DNA of 64,000 nt from Podarcis liolepis (lineage: Eukaryota). Positions 1 to 13,939 of this stretch are shown here, piece after piece (position 1 is the first letter of the stretch; the number at the start of each line of letters is the position of its first letter). The stretch is from assembly GCA_965112155.1 (NCBI GenBank), contig OZ218103.1. One strand, written 5' to 3'. The notes under the pieces are model-generated. The model ran no database searches and was not told the origin of the DNA. It worked only from the letters and a program-made list of their open reading frames with translations. The position numbers were made by a program, and so were the translations under genes.

Positions 1-627
1 GAATGTAACAAGGGAGATATTATGTGACTTCTTTTACTTGAATTTCTGGTTTATTTAGATACTTTAGTTGTGAATGTTTCATATTTAATGCTTTATTTTA
101 TTGCTTTACTATTAATGCTGACCAAATTGAAAGCACACATGTTTTGAACACTATTTAGTGAGGTACATCCCCAGTAAATTGAGCAGTATTATGAACTTAC
201 CTCTAGGGCAGGGAATTGGATCTAGCCGGAGTCTTGGCTGCAAATGCGGCCAACCCTCCATGGGTCATTTTGGCAGGTGGGCAGGATCACCCCATTGTCA
301 GTCACTTGACATCATATAACACCTATAATGAAACTGACCAGTATACATGTTAGGTGTAAAAGCCAATGTTTGTGTTACTAAATGGTGCATAAAACAAGGA
401 CACATCCTTTCTGGTTACATATTTTTGCAACGCATCCTGTAATCTTTAGAAACCAAAACCATGCAAACTCAAATCAGCCAACATTGCTTGTGAAGCTCAA
501 TGAATTTAAAAAATCAGGAGGGTTGTGTAGCTGCTTTTAAATTATACTTGTTTGCCATGGTTTCTCTGCCTTTGACAAGTTCTATCTTTATCAGTGTGCA
601 AGTTCTCTTGTGTTCTGTATCAAACAG

Positions 628-774
628 GAATGTGCTGGAGAGCCACTCTTCATGTTGTACTGTGCCATCAAGCAACAGATGGAGAAAGGCCCAATTGATG
701 CCATTACGGGGGAGGCACGTTATTCCCTGAGTGAGGACAAGCTGATCCGGCAGCAGATTGAGTACAAAACTCTA
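628..774 (+). CDS. PLXNA2: Plexin-A2 internal coding exon (window exon 1 of 9; gene begins upstream of the window)
   Basis: Acceptor caaacag|GAA, donor CTA|gtaagt; 147 nt, phase 0/0. Encodes [49 protein letters not shown], the plexin-A cytoplasmic region. Confidence 0.97.
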
Positions 775-1634
775 GTAAGTGGGTGCCTTCTCTGAACAAT
801 TTTTGGTTGCACCAGACATCAGCCATTATGGGGAACATAATCCCCAGGGCTGGACATAGATTGAATGGGGAAGTTAGGTGGCAATTTTTTCCTGTCCCAG
901 ATGCTTTATATAATAGTAGAATGTTTTCATGGTGATTCTTATTGTGGAAACTCTGGGTCCATATCCAAGCAGAGAAGCTTCCTGAGAAAAGATGTGAAGC
1001 CCAGGCACCTTAGTGAATAGTAATACAAACCTAATACTTTTACTTTTAAGCCAGCCCATTGTTTTTAATGGTAGGGAAAATGCTTAAAGATTCCACATAG
1101 GGTGGAAATAGGCAGTTAGCCATCTCAGCTAGTTCCAACCCTCATTTTCAGAATTGTGGCTGATGTTCCATGATACAGGTGAGTTTTTTAAAAGAGGCCT
1201 CGTGGAATATGTGTACTCTGTATCCACGGGGCCTCTTTTAAAGGACTCATCCTGTAGTATAGTATAGTATAATATAGTATAGTATATGTACAGTTGAATT
1301 ACAAATGGGGAAGGAATATTGGAGGGGGGAATCACATCCCAGTGTGGACTCACCTGTACAAAACTCTTGGACCAATGTATACATTGTCCCTGGGAAGGAC
1401 ATTGGACAAATGTATGGGGGGGGGAACATAGTGAATACCATGGGTTCAAAGTGACAATCACATTTTTCCTCAGACAATATCCCTAGGCAGGGCATCATAT
1501 CCCAACACCAATATTGCCAGGAGGCATTTGCCACCTTGTTTGCTGCCTGTGTGGAGCCAGTCACACTTCCTAGCAGTTCCAGTTGGCTAGGTCCTGTTGG
1601 AGAAAAGAGGGAAAAGGTTGTAAAGCCCCTAGAC

Positions 1635-1806
1635 CAGGCATGTTCAAAGTCCGTTTCGGGGGCCTAATATGGCCCACCAGTCGATTTAATCCGGGCCCCA
1701 TGTCCTGGGGTAAAATCCTTTAAAAAGCTCAGCAACTTCAGTCGGCCTTCATGCATATTCACTTCATCAAAACTGGCCCTCTTTGAAAAACGTTTGGGCA
1801 CCCCTG
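1635..1806. mobile_element. hAT-superfamily non-autonomous element (MITE)
   Basis: Imperfect TIRs caggcatgttcaaa / tttgggcacccctg; 8-bp TSD ccctagac (1627-1634) / ctctagac (1807-1814), 7 of 8 identical. Confidence 0.8.
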
Positions 1807-2341
1807 CTCTAGACCACCTCATTAGTTCCTGTTTTTAACTACATTGGTGTAGATTTGTGTTAAAAAAAAAACCCCAAAAACCTGCACATTAAACTGCAAA
1901 AACAGGACAGAGTTAATCTGTTAGTGTCTAAAAATAAAATACGCTTAAACCGGACAAAGAGCAAGCCATCCATCCATAATCTGAAGGGATGAACCAGGCT
2001 TTCCAAAGCATTATGTACATCACCCGTGGGCATCATCCATGCACAAATTTTATCCACCTTCCCAAGGGACAGAGAGAGCTACAGTAATTGTATGTACGCA
2101 ATTGTCTAATTATGTAGACTACGTCTCTGCATACTTACAGATCTGGGTCTCCACATGCTTTCTATGAAATGGAAAATCATTGGGTTTTTTTTATCAGTTT
2201 AGCTTCCCTGTCTAAATAGGACTTAATTGTGAACAGGCATTTTTATACCTCCAACTTAGGTTGAGAATTCCTGTAATATGCAGATTTCTTCTTAGCTTTT
2301 CTGAGTTCATCTTAATATTCCCATTCTTTTCTCTTCTCTAG

Positions 2342-2587
<246 letters not shown>

Positions 2588-2674
2588 TAACCATTCTTCC
2601 TTTCTTGGAGGTTCAGCATTTCAGAGAACCATCCTACCAATGAGATGACTGTGCCTCTGTCCTTGATTGTCTAA

Positions 2675-2809
<135 letters not shown>

Positions 2810-3908
2810 TAAAGCCTAGAATTCAGCCCACAGAAATCAGCTGAGCGGAAGACAAAGCAAAAAAAAAAAAAAAACTACCACAGAAATTTAATTCCTCTGT
2901 ATCTCCTCTAACAAGACAGGCAGAGAGAGTCACATTCTTATGATAAATCAGAACGGCTCAATGTGTTCACGTATTAAAAGGGAAAACAGCCCTGACACAC
3001 ATCTCACAGGAACAAGCAGAGCTGAAAATTGACTAAATTAAAAATGCCAGCCGTGTTCACAAGACAGACAGCATATGCAGAGGAGCTGAGCTCCCAGCAC
3101 TAAGGATACCGAGGCCAGTGTAGTAGCTGCCCTGTCAGAAGCGGAGGGCTGGAATGTGACAGAGGAGTGTGGGGGTGAAATCTGCCACGGGCTGCAGATC
3201 ATGCAGCTGGGTAGAGCGATAGTCAGAACAAATGTCCTGAGATATCAGGCTGCATGGGCAATTGGTTTTCCACCAATTCACACATACAAAGCTCTGCTAC
3301 AGCTCAATTTAGGGAGACTGGCCCATTTCATATGTCACTGTCTCCATACTGTGACGATCTGGGCTCAGTTCCCTGCTCTGCCACAGAGCCAATCTGTGAC
3401 TTTTGAGGAAATAATTGAGGAAATAATTTGTCATGCCATGCAAATTCAGTGTTGATGAAACTTGCAAAGGCTGCATAAGCCAGAAACTGGTTAATTATGT
3501 TGCATTGCAGATCACCAAGTATGAATACTCAACCAAGCCCATCCGCTTATCTGAGTCTGGAGTGATACACAAGAAATGTGTGTATTGGAATGGAACTGTA
3601 TTAGCCCTAGGTGGTGGAACAGCATTCCCAAGGGCAGATGTGCTGTCCTAGTAATCCTATCTGCTTTGTCATTTGTTTCAATTGACACTTCCATTCCTTT
3701 ACAATGAAACCTCCTACTTAGTAACTTTTCTAATTATTCATCAAAAAGGGTGGGAGATTGACTCTTGCTCAGACAGATGCTTGGCATTTAAAGTAAGAAG
3801 GTCATGTGATTTTTATCAGGTCTACAATTTTCAGATCATTTCAAAGGATATTGTTAATCCCTCGTGGCCATGAATTCTATGAATTGTTTGATTTTTCTGT
3901 GTGCAGTA

Positions 3909-4160
3909 CAGTCGTACCGTGTTTTGCGGCCGGGATCTGTTCTGGAGCCCCAGCCACTAGCCAAAAAGGACGCAGGGCAAAGCGCCATGTCTGCATGCAC
4001 GTGCGGAGCGGTTTGCGCTTCTGCACATGCGCAATTTAATGCTTCTGCGCATGTGCGAGCTGCAAACCCAGAAGTAACCCATTCCGGTACTTCCGGGTTT
4101 GCCATGGATGTTCACCGGAATGGACGCTAGACTAGGCGGATGTTCACGGAGGTATTACTG
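3909..4160. mobile_element. Tc1/mariner (Tigger/pogo-like) MITE
   Basis: ta|cagtcgtacc ... ggtattactg|ca; TIR similar to the copies at 5297 and 57056; CpG-rich palindromic interior (tgcgcatgtgcg, acttccgggtt). Confidence 0.75.
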
Positions 4161-4626
4161 CATATCCTAAAACAGAACAGATTTCCTCAGCAGTTGCTCC
4201 TTCAGAAGTCCTTTTCAGTTTGTCTTAAATTTAGTCCATTACACAGCCATGTAGTGGCTTTCCTTTGCAGTAAGACTGGTGGTGGGTACAGTAATCTGCT
4301 CCTGTCCATGTCACAAATGCCATCATCTCCATTGGCTTCTCAGGAGGGAGGGGTACTCAGGACAATTCAGCTCTTATCCTGTGGTTATGTCCACATGCCC
4401 ATAAGCATAGAAATATAAGAGAGAAAAAGTAAAACTGTGTTGTTCTTCCCAATGAAAACATAATACTTCTTGAAACTGAATATCAGAAATGCTGTTTGAC
4501 TGCATGTATATCCTCAACATAAAGCCCCTCCACATGTTAGATGTATGAAGGGTCTCCTGTAATTACCAGGGAGTGAAGCTGTATCACTTGCTTGTTCTGC
4601 CTAGCTCCACCCATCCATCCATGATT

Positions 4627-4743
4627 TCATAGATTCATAGAATTGTACAGTTGGAAGGGACCACAAGGGAATCCTTTTGCCCAGTGTGGGGCTTAAGCCC
4701 ATGACCTTGAGATTAAGAGTATCGTACTCTACCGACTGAGCTG
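4627..4743 (-). mobile_element. tRNA-Lys(CTT)-derived SINE with CR1-type 3' tail (internally deleted copy)
   Basis: Reverse strand reads agctcagtcggtagag...ctcttaatctcaaggtcatgggcttaagccccacactgggc (tRNA-Lys-like head), then ...cccttccaactgtacaattctatgaatctatg (CR1 tail). Confidence 0.8.
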
Positions 4744-4749
4744 TTGTCT

Positions 4750-4920
4750 ACACTGATTTGACTGGGCATCTGCAGGAGGAAAACCTATACATGCAGACCT
4801 CCTTTCGTATAGATTTCCTCAGAAGTAGAGCCCTAACCGCACAAGGTTCACATTGAAGCCTATGCACACTGTTGTCTATGCACATAAACATTCCCTGTTG
4901 CAGATGTCCATGCTCAGTAC
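4750..4920. mobile_element. Degenerate foldback/MITE related to the 33727-34056 element
   Basis: Arms catctgcagg...ctatacatgcagac and gtctatgcacata...tgcagatgtccatgctca are complementary and share motifs with the 3'UTR foldback. Confidence 0.45.
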
Positions 4921-5296
4921 GTTGACTTTGGAGACAGAGAGAGAAAGCTATGTGATTTGGGGGGTAGGGTCAGCTCCATAATAATCACACAAACACCCCT
5001 TAAATTGCAAAACATTTCCATTTTAGTCACAAAGGTACACCCCTGAACTGCCACGTTGCTTTTCCTTTTACTAGTTCTCAATATTATTAGATTGTATCCC
5101 TCATAATGCTCTGTACTGCACTAGCCTCTTAGAAACAAGACAAGTGGACACACAGCAGGCACGTGGATTTTTTTCCAGAAATTAGGTTCCCAACACCCTT
5201 CTTTTACTGTAAATATTATCATTCATTTGTGTATATCAGTTAAGTTATGTGCTTGCAAATGCTACACTAGTTAATTGAAAAGGCATGACAAGTGTA

Positions 5297-5534
5297 CAGT
5301 GGTACCTCGGGTTACATACACTTCAGGTTACATACGCTTCAGGTTACAGACTCTGCTAACCCAGAAATATTACCTCGGGTTAAGAACTTTGCTTTAGGAT
5401 GAGAACAGAAATCGTGCTCCGGCAGCGCAGCAGCAGCAGGAGGCCCTGCTAAAGTGGTGCTTCAGGTTAAGAACAGTTTCAGGTTAAGAACAGACCTCCG
5501 GAACGAATTAAGTACTTAAACCGAGGTACCACTG
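5297..5534. mobile_element. Tc1/mariner (Tigger-like) MITE, young
   Basis: Perfect 14-bp TIR cagtggtacctcgg / ccgaggtaccactg with TA TSDs (5295-5296, 5535-5536); internal ttcaggtta repeats. Confidence 0.9.
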
Positions 5535-6679
5535 TATACCACTTTACTATATTTAGCAAACTTAAAAAATAGTTTTTCTAAATCTGTATGTCCAGGAAGC
5601 TAAATGCATGTTGAATCCTTTGCATGATATGGGTCTGCGTGGATTTCAATATGAGCCAAGTGAATAAATTACTGTCTCTTTGTGATGGTCAAAAAGCACC
5701 CAGGTGAATCCTGTGCAATCTTAAGCATGTTTATTCAGAGGTAACCCCAACTTTGTTAAATTAAACATTCCTTTGTAAGTGTAGTTTGCATTGCAACCTA
5801 AGTTGCCTATTTTAGGAATGGTAACATATTCTTGCCTGCTGTTTGAGCAGGAGTGTTTGTGTCTACTACAGGGATTTTGGGGACCACATATACTGTTGGT
5901 GTCACATGCATAAACCATTTATTTATCTTCAGTCAGCAAATAAACGAGCCAGTCTCCTAGATGCAGCTTCTGGCAACCTCTGCAACCCTTGCAATTCACT
6001 GCTTGATAACCCCATTTCCCCAAAGGATTCAGCCTTGTAATGTGTGCAAATGACATTGTCCAGACAAGGATTGCATGGCAGAGGAATTCAATGAATTTTC
6101 AATTGCAGGTGCTGATTAGGGTGAAATAGAGAGTGCACTAGACTGAGAGCAGATTTAACCCTTGCTGAGATAGGGTTACCTCACCACCAGTGAGCCAGTG
6201 GTTAGGAATATTTGACAGGTGAGGGAAGGATTGGAAGAAGGGGCTGACTGATCATGTTGCAGCTGCTTTACATTTTCCTGTGGGAAAGGAAAGGAGCTTG
6301 CTAACAGGTGGCTGTCCTCTGGCTTTATGCAGTTTCCGATTAGGTTTTTTTAAAAATATCCAGATGTTTATGGAGTGAAAATTCTCTGAAGGGTCCTGAT
6401 AAAGTTCTGCTTCTGAGGCCAAACCAATATCTGGATAAAAGATATACAACCCCATGTACTGTCCTTATTAGTTACTGTATTTTTATAGACCACCAATGGC
6501 ATAAGTTCTTGGGCAGCTTATAAGAAATTAAGAGTCACACTGATTAATAAAAATGAAAGAGCAAAACAAATAAATAGCATCATAAAAACTTTAACCCACA
6601 GAGAAAGAAATAAGACCAATTATATATCAGTCTCTGAGCCCAAATTTTAAAATCACGAATTATTTTAAAGACTTGGGCA

Positions 6680-6940
6680 ATTAAAGAAATTACATCTGTT
6701 GCTAAAAAGACCATAAAGAAATTGTCAAGCAAGCCACTCTAAGGAGGCTATTCTACAGTCAGGTTGCCACCACCAAGAATGTCCTGTCCATAGTAGCCGC
6801 TCATCTTGCATCATTTGAGCAGGACCTTTGAAGAGGATCTTAAATTCTCAGTAGATATACACAGATGGAAAAGCTAATCTTTTAAGTGACTTGGCCCCGA
6901 TCTTTTTAGATATAAAGGACAACACTCTGAACTGGTCCAG
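6680..6940 (-). mobile_element. Degraded L2-like LINE 3' remnant
   Basis: Motifs such as ggaggctattctacagtcaggttgccaccaccaagaatgtcctgt and acaacactctgaactggtccagaaaca resemble reverse-strand squamate L2 3' sequence (recall). Confidence 0.45.
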
Positions 6941-8557
6941 AAACAAACCAAGAGTCACTACACCTGATAAGGCACTGACATAATATGATAAAAGATATCT
7001 TGTGACCATATTATACATATTGTGGCTCTGTTTTAAACTGAACACACACATCTGTGCACACAGTTCCCCCTACTGTGCTAATTATTAGCTCCTCCAGACT
7101 TCCAAGAGGAAAAATGGACTTAAAATGAAAAACCTGCTTCCCTCCCTGCCCCCAACTGAGATTCAAGAGTAGTAGAGAGTTGGAGCAGCTGTACTATCAG
7201 TGGTCTATCATAGAGATTCATACCATATATGTAAATCGGAAGATCTCAGGATTCCAGAATGGAAAAGCAACTAAAGAAGAGAGGTTGCTCCATAGAAGGA
7301 GAAAGCACTAGGTGAAAGGGGGGAGGATGCAGAGTTGGGAAGGATGGAGGGGGAAGTAGTAAGGAATTCTGGACAACGATGAAAAGTGAAGCTTCAGTAG
7401 TTAGACAAACCAGAGTTTTGCTTGGGAAGAAAATATTATCTGATTGAGGGGAATGCAGTAGGCCTATGCACCCATTACAATCCTTCTGTTTCCCTCCAAC
7501 CCTACAGTACTTGGATGTAAGATTGCTGATTAACCTATTTCAGCCTGTCTGTTTCTCTTGAACTTTCAGCTCAGAATAAATATTGCTTCTTGAAGCCTTT
7601 CAAAGGATTCCCCTTGCGCACTGTAACCCCTTCTCTATATGCTGTACAAAGAAGAAAACACTTTTAAAACATTTCACTTTAGAAATCTAGCCTCCTTCAA
7701 TTGCTTTCATTGTTATTGTTATAGGCTTGAAGGAGGCCCTCTTGACAACCTATCTGCTCACAAAACCAAGCTTTAAAGCCAGCAGCACTTAACTGGCCCA
7801 GGACTGCCACGGTTCTCAGTAAAATAAAGAGCAGATGGGGGGGGGACTCTCTCTGTAGATCTTGAGAAGTGGGCAGGTCCATATGACATAGCATCAGTCA
7901 TACTATGTCCAGTCCTCATAAAGTAGCTGTCATAAAAACTTTCCAGTTGGTGCCCATATAGCAATCACAGAGCTACAGTCATGTATCACTCACCATAGAG
8001 GTGCTTGCAGGGGGACAACCACAGGGATAAAACAATGGCAATTATTGTCACAAAAATGTTATTTCCTTGCAAAAACATGTAGGGAGGCTGGCAAGAGAGA
8101 AGACGTTTGGATCCCCTAAAACAATTGCAGAGTGCATGTTTTTCTGCAACAAACTAGTAACTTAGAAAGGCCTTTAAACAGGGTGGTGCCCCTTGTTCCA
8201 GTTATAATACAGATTGTTAACCCAGGCCAGTATCCTTGACTGCAGTGCAGTATGTGAGGAATTAATATACCTCATAGGCTACTGTGGGATTGCCAAGAAA
8301 GTCACCCTGGACAGTAATGCATGTGTAATGCCCTGTGCTTCTGTTTTGTCACGTTCCATTTTGGCTGGAGAAGGAAGAATCCATTGTAAATTTTGGCTGG
8401 AGCAGAAGGGCACGGCAACTCCTGTGACAGTGCAGGTGCATCATCATGAGCCAACAGCATGATGGCAATTGTGGCAAATTGCACAGAAAATCCTCTTGCC
8501 TTTTTGTGTTACTGTGGAAGTGTGGTCAAAGAGTTCTTGCCAATGGTACAGGGTCTC

Positions 8558-8560
<3 letters not shown>

Positions 8561-8603
<43 letters not shown>
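8561..8603. repeat. (CA)n microsatellite
   Basis: About 21 perfect AC units. Confidence 0.95.
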
Positions 8604-8605
<2 letters not shown>

Positions 8606-10009
8606 GGTGTATTCCCACATGTAATTTGTGAAAATAAAAACATGAGAAGCAATTGTATCCATGACATTATGTAAGTCAGATGTAGGTGTGCTGGGCTACT
8701 TCCAGGATTCTTCATACAGACAAACCCTTCCTTGTTTGAAGCTTTTTCATGAATTAAGTTCATACTGTTGGAAGGAGTTATGTCAGCAGCATTTTTCAAG
8801 GTGCAGCGTGCTTTACAGCTCTTTCCTGTTTTATCCTCATGGCTGCTCTGCAGAGCAGGTAAAGCTGAGAGATCATGACTTGCCCACAGCCACCCATGGA
8901 GCTTCATAGCTAAGCAGGGCTTGAGCTGCTTTCTGCCCTGTCTAAACCAACATTTTGCCTACAGATCAAAATGCAGTCTTCTGGTCGTAGGTTTGCAGAC
9001 TGGTATAATATAGTACAAATGCAGGCTAAGATTTCTGCAAAGCCACCTCAGCTGTTATTAAAGGGAATGGAGAAGTGGGGATTTTCACAAGCAGCTAAAT
9101 AAGTAAAAAGCACAAATTCCCTTCACTTTGAAAATCCCGGCCCAGCCTCCATTTAAAATGATTGGGAATCAACTAGTAGCCAAATCCCTTTGGTAATGTG
9201 GAAAGTCTCAGCATTAATAAATAGCTGGGGCTATCACCCGCTCTGCCAGGATCATGTAAGGGTTTAAATGCCCTGTTCTTTTGTTCTTTTGCTGTGCTAA
9301 ATCAACCTCTGTTGTGGGGGCATGTGTGCTGTCGTATGCATGTATTCAGTAGCAGTTGCCTAAGGCATGCATTTCAGGGATGCTAGCATTTTGCTGTGCT
9401 CCTGGTTTGTCCTTTACATTAATCAGCCCATTGCCCCAACTGACAGTAATAGCTGTTTCTATTTCATGAGTATGAAAAAGCAATAATTTGCTGCCAAATG
9501 TGCACAATCCTTTTTTAGCGTATACCAGATCATTTAGCAACCCAACTAGAGATTGCTTAAGCCGCATAGAGCAGCTGGCCTTTCTGCGACAGAAGTCTTA
9601 TCAAAGTGACACTTTACAAATGCTAGTCACAATTCTGAGTTCATTCCTAACAAATTTTCTTTTCACTTTCAGTAATAATGTTCCTTTTAGTTATCAAAAT
9701 TACAGAAGCTTCAGGACCGGACAATGCAATGAATGCAGGTGTGTTCTAAACAGGGCAGTCATCAGGTGTCCACAGTTTATTATTCAGTCCTGAACTGAGG
9801 ACAATTCATTTTCCTGCAATAACTGAGTGCCCAATACCATTTAAAAGTGACACACATTTGTAGCAAATTGATGCTATTCTTTTGAAGGACCAGGTGCACA
9901 GTCTGAGGGTGCTGCCGGACCAAGTATTGCTTCTGGAATCTCAGGTGACAGCTGTGACCAGAAGTGCCTTTTATCATTTTAAGTTGATTTGCCAGCTGTG
10001 GCCACTAGG

Positions 10010-10470
10010 AAAAGATCGCCATGATGCATAGCTTGGTAACCTCCACATTAGAGTGCAGTAGCACACTCTATGTGGGTCAGCCTTTGAAAACTATTCAGAA
10101 ACTTCAGCCTACCTTGCTGGTGACTGGGAGACAGTGAAAGCACATGACATGTCTACTGGAAGTCTGTGGTGGCTCCCAATCAGAATACAATTAGAATAGT
10201 TACTTTTAACCTTAAAAGCCCACAACCTTGATAACACACGTGAACATAAGAGCAACTTTGCTGGATCAGGCATCCAAAAATATACAACATTAAGGTCTTA
10301 AGATGAGGGTTTTGCTCTGAGCTCTTTCCTTATCAGAAGAGACATAGAGCGGACCCTTCTCAGTTGTAGCACCTGTATTATAGAATTTCCTCCCCAGGGG
10401 AACTTGGACACTCTAGATCTGTTCTTACCTTCAGGCACCTGGCCAAAACTTCTTTTCAGCATGCATTTTG
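10010..10470 (+). mobile_element. Degraded L2-like LINE fragment (C-terminal RT region)
   Basis: catagcttggtaacctccacattagagtgcagtagcacactctatgtgggtcagcctttgaaaactattcagaaacttcag translates HSLVTSTLECSSTLYVGQPLKTIQKLQ, resembling the L2 motif HALVTSRLDYCNALY.GLP.K...KLQ. Confidence 0.7.
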
Positions 10471-10594
10471 GAGGTGCTTTTAAAAGCCTGATTTACCTTG
10501 TTGTTTTATGGGGGGGGAGGTTACATGCATTGATTTTAATAGTTAAATTGGTATTTCCTTCTGTTAGGTGAAATGAGCATAGGTGAAATGACAA

Positions 10595-10730
10595 TATAGA
10601 GCTGTAAAGTTGGAAGGGACCGCATGGGTCATCTAGTCCAACCCCCTGCAATGCAGGAATCTTTTGTCCAATGTGGGGCTTGAACCCACAACCTTAAGAT
10701 TAAGAGTCTTGTGCTCTACCAAATGAGCTA
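10595..10730 (-). mobile_element. tRNA-Lys-derived SINE with CR1-type tail
   Basis: Same family as 4627 and 12250: ...gttggaagggac...catctagtccaaccccctgcaatgcaggaatc...gattaagagtcttgtgctctaccaaatgagcta. Confidence 0.85.
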
Positions 10731-12249
10731 TATATAATCTGAAAACAAGAATTCATACATATATTTTGTAGTCTTCCCTTTTCTTCCTGCTATAGCAATA
10801 TATTAGGTTACTGTGAGGCTTGGGGTCACCACCCAGCATCTCTGAGCCTAACCTTGAAAAACGTAACGGTGGATTTACAGTAAACCCTGTGGCCTCAAAT
10901 ATGAGAGCGAGAGTTTAAAATCTTGTCCATAACCTCCTGTTTGCAGACACTTAAGATGAATGTCTGTCCTAGTTGCTCCCTGTTCCTCTTGGAAGTAGGC
11001 ATGGCTACCCTGCTTAATACTGTGCTCCCTAGATATGGTCTGCCTCATACAGAACAAGCCCAGGAAGAATGGCTGCAGCATCCGCATTAACAGGACAATC
11101 AGGCTGTCTAAGCTCTTCATATGGCCTAGGCTGGTTCCCACAGTAGGTGATAAGCCAGGCTCCTAGCTACAGTCCTTCTGTAGAAGCAAAGTTCAGCTCA
11201 CAGATCATTCCTTTCACATATGCAAATGCTAGGTGCAGGTCATGATAGTGATGCTGAAATACAATATCAGATTGAATTTTGAGAGCTCTAATTTAAGGAG
11301 TTACTTCAAAGCTGCCCTATCCAATTTTCCAATTTGAATTATATTGTCAAATGTGTCTGGGTCTTCCTAAAAAAAACAAAACGCTTAACAACTTTTTTAT
11401 GGGCGGATGGGAGTTTAACCAGAGGGCAACATAGGTTATCTTTGCTTTTGTGGATTTTTAATGCAGCCACAGAACCTCCAAAGGTGTTGAAGAAGATAAC
11501 TGTCCACACAATTGCACCCCTAGATATTTGCATGTGTTGTATAAGTGACTCACACAGCTATACGGGACTCCTCTAGTGCATCAGCTCTCCAAATAGAGAT
11601 GCAGCCAAAACACAAATCAAATACAGTCCAGGCACTGTAGAACTGTACAGTTCAGGTCAGTGGAAAGCTACAAAATCTCCATTTACTGTTTCTAAGGGCC
11701 AGCATATTGCAGCATGTCGTTAACTTCAGATTAGCAGTCCCTTGAAATGTACACCATTTATTACCAATTGCAATAAATAAAACTGAAAATGTAAGTGCTC
11801 TGAAAACAGATTGAAAGATTCAAGAAGATTGAAAGGGGGAAATATAGCTTTCACAAATGCGTCCTATTACAAGAAAAATGGCTTGCCCTCAATTTAACAT
11901 TGAACAATGTATAATTGCATATGTAAGGTTAATTCCAAGGCGGCAAACCAAGTCAATGGAAAGCTGAAAGCACTAAGGAAAGAGAGATTAGAGACTATTT
12001 CCAATTAAATATTAAGGATAGGGAAGAATAAGCAAAACAGAAAACAAAACCCAGTTGCCTTATCCAGTAGCTCACTCTCATAATTTCATGCACGTGAATG
12101 GAAAATGTATTCCCCAGTTGTTTTTATTGTTTCTTAACCTAGTAGGTTTTTTAAAAGGACTAGGAAAAAACTTCTCCACTGAATAACTAGTGCCTTTTGC
12201 ATGCATTGTTTGGACAGTTCTGAAACTAAATGAGCTAATGAGCTTGGAA

Positions 12250-12390
12250 GAATCATAGAATTGTAGAGTTGGAGGGGGCTACAAAGATAATCTAGTCCAA
12301 CCCCCTACAGTGCAGAAATCTTTCACCCAACATGGGTCTCAAACCCACATTCCTGAGATTAAGAGTCACGCTCTACCAACCAAGTTGTCC
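12250..12390 (-). mobile_element. tRNA-Lys-derived SINE with CR1-type tail
   Basis: aatcatagaattgtagagttgg...atctagtccaaccccct...ctgagattaagagtcacgctctacc; third copy in this intron. Confidence 0.8.
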
Positions 12391-13939
12391 TAGAGCCTTC
12401 GCTACATAAGGTATATGTATAGAACTGGCAGGTAGGGCCCATGCATGAGTCAATTCACATGGCAATATGAATCAGATATCATCTGTTAAAGAGGTACTAT
12501 TAGGAATGGTTTGGGATACATCGTTTTACCCATTCCTGTCATAGCATTCTGATGCCATGGCTCAGGTGGAAAGTGCAACACTCTGTTGTAAAATATGTAC
12601 ACCAGCTGCCACTGAAGTCATCGCACTGAATTAAGTATACAGGTTCTACAAAGATACGGATGAAAACTGAAAGACATCCATCAGTTTCTCCTTCTTCACC
12701 AGATTTTATGTTTGGATGGATATGTGTGAAGTGGGCTGGAGCATGTGCATCAGATATTACTTTAGCTGACAAGAACAAGCATTCCACCGAAGCCTTGGAT
12801 GGACTCAGAGCTGCAAAACAATTAGGTGTTTGGTTACCCAGGAATTTAGTACTTTGACACTGGTGGCTAAGAATTTGAAGTATTTGTCAAACCCTGTTTG
12901 AAGTGAGAGTACGTGTGCGCATGTGTGTTGTATCTGGATTTTTTCTTTTTCTTTTGGTTAACTACAGCTCTGAAGAAACTCTGCAAACTCAGAAGCCTGG
13001 GAGTGATTTCTTTTGTGTGTGAACTGCCTTTTGTATTTCAGCTGCTGGAATTAAACCGAAGTGGCAGCTAATAACATCATAAGAAAATAATATGATTGTT
13101 GATTGTTCCTTCTAGAGACTTATAAATTGGGTGAAAGGATGTGGAGGAGGAGAAATAACAGAGGCACAAAGTGTTGTGCTTGCCAAATATAAATACATTC
13201 TTGCTGCATATCATGCTAGGCCCTATTATTAATAGAAGGAAAAAATAACATTTATAATAACTTCTGTAATGAAGGGCTTCATGGGCCTCCATACATTAGT
13301 AATCGTTTGCCTTTTGCTGGGAACTCTAATGCTTATCACTGATGTAGCGCTTTGACTACACAATCCTATGTGTGTCTGCTCAAAAGTAAGCCCTGTTGAG
13401 TTCAGTGGAGCTTTCTCTCAGGTAGTATGTATAGGATTACTCACAATCTTATGAATTCTCACAACATCCCTGTGAATGAAGCAAGGTGTTGGGTTTAGAC
13501 CGAAGGTTGTTAAATTCAGATCAAAATATTTAGTTGTTGTTGAGACACATAAGCTAAAATAATGTAAGGCACCCTTACATGCTGTATTCTAGATACAGAA
13601 ATAATAATTAAAAGAGGGCTGTGACATCCTTGAGTCTGCTTTATTTCTTTATTATAAGTATTTTTCTACCACCTCAGGGCCGTTTACAAAGGAATAATGC
13701 AATAAAAATGTAAATAGATTTTAAAAAAACCATGCACAAAATTATAAAAGATTCATAAAACAGAATGATTATAATTGCATCTAAAAATAAATATAATAGG
13801 ACTGAGACTCTTGTAGGTAAGAGCAAGGCTGGTGTCAAGACCAATATGCAGCATTTCAAAATGTGAGTCTGCCTAGTCTTACTGTTTAAACAAAGATATA
13901 TCATTGACATCATGTCTGCACTTCAGCACTCTATTGGCT

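Noticed and set aside
4680-4743. Functional tRNA-Lys genes (also ~10668-10730 and ~12326-12390)
   Set aside because: Degenerate stems and B-boxes, fused to CR1 tails; these are SINE heads.
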